Positions 8,521-14,078 of a stretch of 14,078 bases of DNA are shown here, one piece after another. This DNA is from Gammaproteobacteria bacterium (GTDB lineage: Bacteria; Pseudomonadota; Gammaproteobacteria; GCA-001735895): NCBI GenBank assembly GCA_050298595.1, contig JBNKUM010000064.1:1-14078 (forward strand), given 5' to 3'. The notes beneath the pieces were generated by a model, which did no database searches, was not told the origin of the DNA, and was given only the letters and a program-made list of their open reading frames with translations. The position numbers and the translations under genes are program-made. Position 1 is the stretch's first letter. Each line of letters opens with the position of its first letter.

Positions 8521-10854
8521 TTGGCACAGGCAAACATAAAAAACCCGACTAACAAAGATAAAGACAGAAAAATTCTGGTGAGTAGATTCGAACAACGACT
8601 GAGAGAAGCTGGCATGCTGATTTCATTCGCATTGGCGAGCTATATGCTGGTTTCTCTGTTCAGTTATGATCGTGGTGATCCTGCATGGTCGCATTCCGGG
8701 GTGAATACCCAGATTAGCAATTTTGGCGGGTCTGCTGGTGCATGGCTGTCTGACCTGTTGTTGTATCTGTTTGGTTTCATGGCCTTCCTGCTGCCGATTA
8801 TGCTGACCTACAACGGCATCATACTGGTCAGAACGCAGATAAAGAGCGAGGAAGATCGCTACCAGATGCTGGCAGTACGCTGGAGTGGTTTTGCGCTTAC
8901 CCTGATTTCAGGTTGTGCTCTGTCGAGTCTTCATTTTGCGATAGACAGGGGCACTATGCCGCTGGATGCGGGTGGTATCCTCGGGCAGATATCCGGCCTC
9001 AATTTTTCAAATAGCATGGGCTTTCTGGGTGCTACGGTTTTACATCTTGCTCTTTTCCTGTCCGGTCTAACCTTGTTTACAGGCCTGTCCTGGCTGGCAG
9101 TGGTTGATCATACCGGTCGATTTACGCTGTGGTTGCTCGATCGAGTGGTGGATAAATACTATCTGTTTCGTGATCGTCGTGAGGGTAGTCGCCTGCAAAT
9201 AGAGCGTCAGCAGGTATTCACTCAACAAAAGGTAATAAAGGATCAACGCAAACCTGTGCGTATTGAGCCTGTTGTTAAAAAAGTAGAGCAAAGTGACCGA
9301 GCCTTAAAAGAACAGCAGATTCCACTTTTCAAATCCACTGGTGATAGAGGGAGCGTACCTCAGTTAGCGCTGCTGGATACGCCATCTGGAAAGACGGTAG
9401 GTTATAGCGCTGCTGCTCTGGAAGCGATGTCGCAGCAGCTCGAACTGAAATTACGTGATTTTGGTATCGAAATACAGGTAGAGTCGGTACACCCGGGACC
9501 TGTCATCACACGTTTCGAGATTATGCCTGCTGCCGGGGTCAAGGTAAGCCAGATCAGTAATCTGGCCAGGGATCTTGCACGATCGCTGTCGGTCATTGCG
9601 GTGCGGGTAGTAGAAGTGATACCTGGTAAATCGGTGATGGGTCTGGAAATCCCCAATGAGCAACGCGAAATCGTATTACTAAGTGAAATCCTCAAATCTC
9701 GTGCCTATGATCAGTCTCACTCACCATTAACACTGGCTCTGGGTAAAGACATCAGTGGTGAGGCATCAGTAGCCGATTTAGCGAAGATGCCCCACTTGCT
9801 GGTTGCAGGTACTACTGGGTCCGGTAAATCAGTGGCGGTTAACGCCATGTTGCTGAGCCTTTTGTTCAAGGCAACACCCGATGAGGTGAGGATGATCCTG
9901 ATTGATCCCAAGATGCTGGAACTGAGTGTCTACGATGGCATTCCCCATTTGCTGGCACCTGTGGTTACCGATATGAAGGATGCAGCCAATGCGCTGCGCT
10001 GGTGTGTGGCTGAAATGGAAAGACGTTATAAATTGATGGCGGCCATGGGCGTGCGCAATATTGCAGGCTTTAACAAGAAGGTAAAAGACGCGATTGATGC
10101 TGGCGAGCCGATTAAAGATCCACTGTTTAATCTTGCGCAGGCTATGATGATGAATCCTGACGCTCAGCCTGATGATCTGGAAACCCTGCCATATATCGTG
10201 GTCGTGGTGGATGAATTTGCCGACATGATGATGGTGGTCGGTAAGAAGGTGGAAGAGTTAATCGCCCGCCTGGCGCAAAAAGCACGTGCAGCAGGTATTC
10301 ATCTGATACTGGCGACGCAGCGACCCTCGGTAGATGTTATTACCGGGTTGATCAAATCGAATATTCCAACCCGTATTGCATTTCAGGTTTCCTCCAAGAT
10401 TGACTCACGCACTATTCTCGATCAGATGGGTGCTGAAACTCTGCTAGGGCATGGCGACATGTTATATCTACCGCCCGGTACCAGTCTGCCAGAGCGGGTG
10501 CACGGGGCCTATGTTGCGGATCATGAAGTTCATCTGGTGGTTAAAGAGTTGAAGAAACAGGGGAAACCAAATTACATAGAAGGAGTCCTAGAGGAACAGA
10601 CTGCGCCAGTTTTACCGGGTGAAATGCCAAAGGATTCGACTGGTGCAGATCAGGATGCTTTGTACGATGAAGCAGTAGCCATAGTCACCGAATCTCGTAA
10701 AGCGTCTATCTCTTATGTACAAAGACGTTTGAAGGTTGGCTATAACCGAGCAGCAAGTATGATCGAAGAAATGGAGGCTTCTGGCGTAGTGTCAGAAGTC
10801 CAGTCAAACGGTAGTCGAGAAGTTTTGGCACCTCCACCGCCACCGCGGGATTAA
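8521..10854 (+). CDS. ftsK: DNA translocase FtsK
   Basis: N-terminal membrane domain (DPAWS...NFGG.AGAWLSD), Walker [10 protein letters not shown], Walker [23 protein letters not shown], gamma domain ([18 protein letters not shown]). Start uncertain: TTG 8521 (MAQA...) preferred over GTG 8473. Confidence 0.97.
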   Translation: MAQANIKNPTNKDKDRKILVSRFEQRLREAGMLISFALASYMLVSLFSYDRGDPAWSHSGVNTQISNFGGSAGAWLSDLLLYLFGFMAFLLPIMLTYNGIILVRTQIKSEEDRYQMLAVRWSGFALTLISGCALSSLHFAIDRGTMPLDAGGILGQISGLNFSNSMGFLGATVLHLALFLSGLTLFTGLSWLAVVDHTGRFTLWLLDRVVDKYYLFRDRREGSRLQIERQQVFTQQKVIKDQRKPVRIEPVVKKVEQSDRALKEQQIPLFKSTGDRGSVPQLALLDTPSGKTVGYSAAALEAMSQQLELKLRDFGIEIQVESVHPGPVITRFEIMPAAGVKVSQISNLARDLARSLSVIAVRVVEVIPGKSVMGLEIPNEQREIVLLSEILKSRAYDQSHSPLTLALGKDISGEASVADLAKMPHLLVAGTTGSGKSVAVNAMLLSLLFKATPDEVRMILIDPKMLELSVYDGIPHLLAPVVTDMKDAANALRWCVAEMERRYKLMAAMGVRNIAGFNKKVKDAIDAGEPIKDPLFNLAQAMMMNPDAQPDDLETLPYIVVVVDEFADMMMVVGKKVEELIARLAQKARAAGIHLILATQRPSVDVITGLIKSNIPTRIAFQVSSKIDSRTILDQMGAETLLGHGDMLYLPPGTSLPERVHGAYVADHEVHLVVKELKKQGKPNYIEGVLEEQTAPVLPGEMPKDSTGADQDALYDEAVAIVTESRKASISYVQRRLKVGYNRAASMIEEMEASGVVSEVQSNGSREVLAPPPPPRD

Positions 10855-10856
10855 AG

Positions 10857-11474
10857 ATGAGAAATTTTGTTTTATTAAGCGCTATCCTGTTCAGTCAATT
10901 AGCGATAGCTACAGAAGTCGAAGATCGTGTCAACAGAGCACTGACTACACTGGATAATTTGCAGGCCAATTTCAAACAGACAGTGCTGGATGACAATAAG
11001 AAAGTTGTGCAGCAATCCAGTGGTACAGTTTCCCTGTCACGCCCCGGGAAATTTGCCTGGATTTACAAAGAGCCCTATGAACAACAGATTATTGCGGATG
11101 GAAAGGAACTCTGGGTTTACGATGTCGATCTGGATCAGGTGACGGTCAAACCAATGGAAAGTGGTTTGGCTACCGCACCAATCATGGTGTTGATGAATAA
11201 ACAGAAGGTAGAATCCCAGTTTGATGTCAATGAAGTAGGGCAGCGTAAGTATCTCTACTGGGTAGAGCTCACCCCGAAAAAGTCTGATATGGAATACTCT
11301 ACGGTTTACATAGGTCTGGAAGATGATGTGATCAAGGCGATGGAGCTGCGCGACCCTTTTGGACAAAGTACTCAAATTGTATTCGAAAACCTGCGTACTA
11401 ATATGATCTTCGATCCAAAGGTATTCAAGTTTGATCCGCCTCCAGGTGTTGATGTTTTTGGCGCAGGTAATTAA
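10857..11474 (+). CDS. lolA: Outer membrane lipoprotein chaperone LolA
   Basis: Signal peptide; ANFKQTV, RPGKFAW.Y..PYEQ.IIADG..LWVYD.DL.QVT, F.F.PP.GVDV; canonical position after ftsK. Confidence 0.96.
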   Translation: MRNFVLLSAILFSQLAIATEVEDRVNRALTTLDNLQANFKQTVLDDNKKVVQQSSGTVSLSRPGKFAWIYKEPYEQQIIADGKELWVYDVDLDQVTVKPMESGLATAPIMVLMNKQKVESQFDVNEVGQRKYLYWVELTPKKSDMEYSTVYIGLEDDVIKAMELRDPFGQSTQIVFENLRTNMIFDPKVFKFDPPPGVDVFGAGN

Positions 11475-11498
11475 TTAGTGTTAGCTCTGCCTCGCTAA

Positions 11499-11620
11499 AT
11501 GCAGGATCTTTTCTCTCACGCATCGTCAGCCTATCAACCACTGGCTGATCGAATGCGGACACAGACGCTGGATCAGGTTGTGGGCCAGACTCATTTGTTG
11601 GAAGCCGAATCTATTCTGAA
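11499..11620 (+). pseudogene. rarA: 5' fragment of replication-associated recombination protein A (RarA/MgsA), truncated after about 40 codons
   Basis: MQDLF...YQPLADRMRTQTLDQVVGQTHLL matches the RarA N-terminus (PLA.RMRP..L...VGQ.HL) at the canonical position after lolA. No Walker A follows; the frame runs into unrelated sequence and stops at 11720. The conserved RP has become RT. Confidence 0.85.
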
Positions 11621-11705
11621 CCTAATTATTCTAGACAACATCGCACGAGGAAAGCCGAAGGCCAGGTTGACCGAGAGAGAGTACTTGCGAATAATTCCCA
11701 TGTGC

Positions 11706-11851
11706 CTCCGACCCCTTTAACCTTTCAGGTCTTGAGAGTGGAAAAGTGGTAACTGTTAGTAAGCTATGAAGAGCTTAATATTGAAAACTAAACATAACCA
11801 AACGCTCTTTCGGACGCTCACTACGCTGCGCATAAATAAAAGAGGTCGGAG
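11706..11851. repeat. Inverted repeat pair (REP-like CTCCGACCCCTTT motif) enclosing about 116 bp
   Basis: CTCCGACCCCTTTAA (11706-11720) matches the reverse complement of TAAAAGAGGTCGGAG (11837-11851), CTCCGACCTCTTTTA, at 13/15 positions. Confidence 0.6.
11755..11832 (+). other. Integron cassette remnant: GTTAGTA core-like site, mini-ORF start and left arm of a truncated attC
   Basis: GTTAGTAAGCTATG followed by ACATAACCAAACGCTCTTTCGGACGCTCACTACGCTGCGC, which resembles the RYYYAAC-led left half of gammaproteobacterial attC sites. The right half is missing, cut near the REP-like repeat. Confidence 0.45.
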
Positions 11852-12056
11852 TGATTAAATTTTAACCAATTGATCTCAAGCTCATAGGAGCAGGCTCCAT
11901 GAAGTGCTTATTAGGCAATAAAGTGTAATCAAGGATTGTTACGTTTTTTCAGTGTTTACATGCATAAGTTCGGATGACATCTGACAGTTTCAGAAAGTAG
12001 TTCTGAAGTCTGAAAGCAGACATTCATTTGTGCGGTGCAATAGGCAAGTAGGTGCC

Positions 12057-13742
12057 CAGGGTGTGTGAAAACCCTACTTAGGAGTATAATATGTCATTCA
12101 AACAGACAGATGAAACAATGACTGGATTCATTGAAGGCGTAGCCAGAATACAAGCCACCTTATTTCCTGAATTACTTGACGATTACATCAGCGAAGAAAA
12201 TCCCGTTCGCGTTATTGATGCCTTCGTCGATAATCTTGACCTCGATAAATTGGGTTTCAAAATCTACCCAGCAATAACCGGCCGTCCTGGTTACCACCCA
12301 TCCAGTATGCTTAAGTTGTTTATCTACGGTTACCTCAATCGTATCCAGTCATCTCGTCGTTTAGAAAGGGAGTCGGGGCGTAATGTTGAGTTGATGTGGT
12401 TGCTCGGTCGATTGGCTCCTGACTTTAAAACCATAGCTGATTTTAGAAAAGATAATGGTAAAGGCATTAAAAACACCTGTCGAACCTTTATCGATTTGTG
12501 CAGACAATTAAACATGTTCACCGATGCTATTGTCGCCATTGATGGCAGTAAATTTAAAGCGGTCAATAGTAAAGAAAATAATTACACGCCTAAGAAACTG
12601 CAATTTCATATAGACCGGGTTGAGAAGCATATCGAAGACTATTTACAAAAACTCGATACCGCTGACAAGGCAGAAAAACCAGAGACTGATGGCAGGTCTA
12701 TCGAAGATAAAATCACCTGGCTTAAGAAAAGACTTTCTGAGTTAAAAGCACTGGAAAGTGAGGTGAACAATCATCCTGACAAACAACTATCAACAACGGA
12801 TCCGGACTCTCGATTAATGAAAACACAAGGGATGACCAGGGTGGTTTGTTACAATGTGCAAACGGCCGTTGACCCCAAAAACCATCTGATTGTAGCCCAT
12901 AAGATAACGAATACCCCTGATCGTGGGCAGCTCTGCGGTGTTGGTAAACTGGCTCAAGACGCACTGGTTACTAAAGAGGTTACTGTTATTGCAGACAAAG
13001 GTTATTACAGCGGCCAGGATATCAAAGATACTCAGGATGCGGGTATGACGGTACTTGTACCGAAAGGTGATACTTCTGGCAGCGAGAAAAAAGGCATATT
13101 TAACCGATCCCGGTTCGAATACGATGCAGAGCAAGATAGATATATTTGTCCCGCCAAACAAGAGCTACCCTATCGATTCACTTCGATTGAGAAAGGTCTA
13201 TTGTTAAAGAAGTATTGGGCCTATGAACCCACTTGTCGGGCATGCTCGATGAAACCACAATGCTCTAACAGTAATCAGGCTCGTAGAATCACTCGTTGGG
13301 TACATCAGGGTAGATTGGATCAAATGGACAAGTTACTCTCTTCTCAGCCAGAGAGCATGCTCATCAGAAAGCAAACCGTTGAACACCCTTATGGCACGAT
13401 TAAATGCTGGATGGGATCAACTCATTTTTTAACGAAACAATTCAAAAATGTCAGTACCGAAATGAGCCTGCATGTTTTGGCTTACAATTTAAAACGTATG
13501 ATGTCGATATTTGGAGAAACTGGATTAGTTGCTGCAATGACAAAGGTATAGGGATTAATGGCTCCTAGTAATTTCATCTATAAAATACGTCGATATGACG
13601 TGTTTATTCTTTAGTGTAAGCCAGACAATTTTCTTATTCATAAAAGGACCTCTGAAAATAAGGAAGTTCGGGACTTAGCATAAGAAGTCTGAATAATGAC
13701 TGGAGGACGAAATTATTAAGATAATAGTTTTTACACAGCCTG
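12057..13742 (+). mobile_element. Complete IS1182-family insertion sequence (1686 bp)
   Basis: IRL CAGGGTGTGTGAAAAC (12057-12072) and IRR GTTTTTACACAGCCTG (13727-13742) are complementary at 14/16 positions. Flanking 4-bp direct repeat TGCC (12053-12056 and 13743-13746). Intact transposase. Confidence 0.92.
12091..13551 (+). CDS. IS1182-family DDE transposase
   Basis: LDDYISEENPVRVIDAFV, GRPGYHP..MLKL.IYGYLN.IQSSRRLERE, PDFKTIADFR, AIDGSKFKA, TDPDSRLM, ADKGY, Cys-rich segment, RKQTVEHPYGTIK, LAYNLKR. Alternative start ATG 12118 (MTGFIEG). Confidence 0.95.
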   Translation: MSFKQTDETMTGFIEGVARIQATLFPELLDDYISEENPVRVIDAFVDNLDLDKLGFKIYPAITGRPGYHPSSMLKLFIYGYLNRIQSSRRLERESGRNVELMWLLGRLAPDFKTIADFRKDNGKGIKNTCRTFIDLCRQLNMFTDAIVAIDGSKFKAVNSKENNYTPKKLQFHIDRVEKHIEDYLQKLDTADKAEKPETDGRSIEDKITWLKKRLSELKALESEVNNHPDKQLSTTDPDSRLMKTQGMTRVVCYNVQTAVDPKNHLIVAHKITNTPDRGQLCGVGKLAQDALVTKEVTVIADKGYYSGQDIKDTQDAGMTVLVPKGDTSGSEKKGIFNRSRFEYDAEQDRYICPAKQELPYRFTSIEKGLLLKKYWAYEPTCRACSMKPQCSNSNQARRITRWVHQGRLDQMDKLLSSQPESMLIRKQTVEHPYGTIKCWMGSTHFLTKQFKNVSTEMSLHVLAYNLKRMMSIFGETGLVAAMTKV

Positions 13743-13761
13743 TGCCAGGAGCGGTCATTGA

Positions 13762-13789
13762 TTGTTTTACCTATGATTGAGGATATAAT
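13762..13789 (+). promoter_or_regulatory. Putative sigma70 promoter (possible cassette promoter Pc)
   Basis: TTGTTT-N16-TATAAT with a perfect -10 at 13784-13789, pointing toward the attI-like site and the downstream ORF. Confidence 0.4.
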
Positions 13790-13838
13790 GCAACATAAGT
13801 CAATATACGTGTGTGCAATATAAGTCAATATACGTGCG
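13789..13838 (+). repeat. Tandem 25-bp direct repeat
   Basis: TGCAACATAAGTCAATATACGTGTG (13789-13813) and TGCAATATAAGTCAATATACGTGCG (13814-13838), 23/25 identical. Confidence 0.9.
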
Positions 13839-13862
13839 TGTTACATAATCAAGCTGTTAGAT
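13789..13862 (+). other. Putative integron attI-like recombination site
   Basis: Direct repeats, then ACATAAT (degenerate L box), a CAAGCT spacer and GTTAGAT (GTTRRRY core, 13856-13862), immediately followed by an RBS and ATG as in a first gene cassette. Confidence 0.55.
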
Positions 13863-13874
13863 GTATAAAGGAAA

Positions 13875-14078
13875 ATGAAGAAGATATTTATACTTATTGC
13901 CTTATTTAGTATGTCATTTGTTTCTATGGCCATCGACAAACAAATGACAATGGACCCGAATAAAGTCAAATATAATAATTATGTTCATAAAGAGTTACCT
14001 GCTTCTTTATTGCCTAGAATAAAAGCAACTACTGACGTCTTCGAAATCGTAGATGGCATTTCGTATGAAAATGCTATT
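13875..14078 (+). CDS. Secreted hypothetical protein (3'-partial), probable gene cassette ORF
   Basis: AAAGGA RBS; MKKIFILIALFSMSFVSMA|IDKQMTMDPNKVKYNNYVHKELPASLLPRIKATTDVFEIVDGISYENAI... The frame is open to the window end and has a classic signal peptide. AT-rich; starts 12 nt after GTTAGAT. Not in the ORF track. Confidence 0.78.
   Translation, partial: MKKIFILIALFSMSFVSMAIDKQMTMDPNKVKYNNYVHKELPASLLPRIKATTDVFEIVDGISYENAI

Noticed and set aside
11620-11720. C-terminal half of the 73-aa ORF as a real fusion protein or RAYT remnant (ARGKPK)
   Set aside because: Best explained as read-through from the rarA fragment into foreign DNA; too short to support any homology.
13634-13828. 64-aa minus-strand ORF as an intI remnant
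   Set aside because: It spans the IS end and the tandem repeat and has no tyrosine-recombinase motifs; spurious.
13789-13838. Tandem repeat as a CRISPR array or iteron set
   Set aside because: Only two abutting copies with no spacers, and no cas or rep gene nearby.

Overview
Gammaproteobacterial chromosomal window (host not identifiable from sequence alone). From left to right it holds the C-terminal end of a large RTX Ca2+-binding type-I-secreted protein, a YpeA-like GNAT acetyltransferase, a PKHD-type Fe(II)/2OG dioxygenase, a small hypothetical protein coupled to outer-membrane phospholipase A (pldA), an uncharacterised 462-aa membrane/coiled-coil protein, and a 56-aa two-helix membrane ORF that the ORF track missed. 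Next comes the conserved core block aat - DUF482/FemAB-like GNAT - trxB <> ftsK - lolA - rarA. rarA breaks after about 40 codons (~11620), where a visibly more AT-rich accessory region begins. That region contains REP-like inverted repeats enclosing integron attC/mini-cassette debris, and a complete IS1182-family element (16-bp IRs, TGCC target duplication) inserted into a short palindromic repeat. It ends with an attI-like site (tandem 25-bp repeats plus GTTAGAT core) and a cassette-like secreted-protein ORF running off the window. No integron integrase gene is visible. All family assignments come from motif recognition, not database searches.
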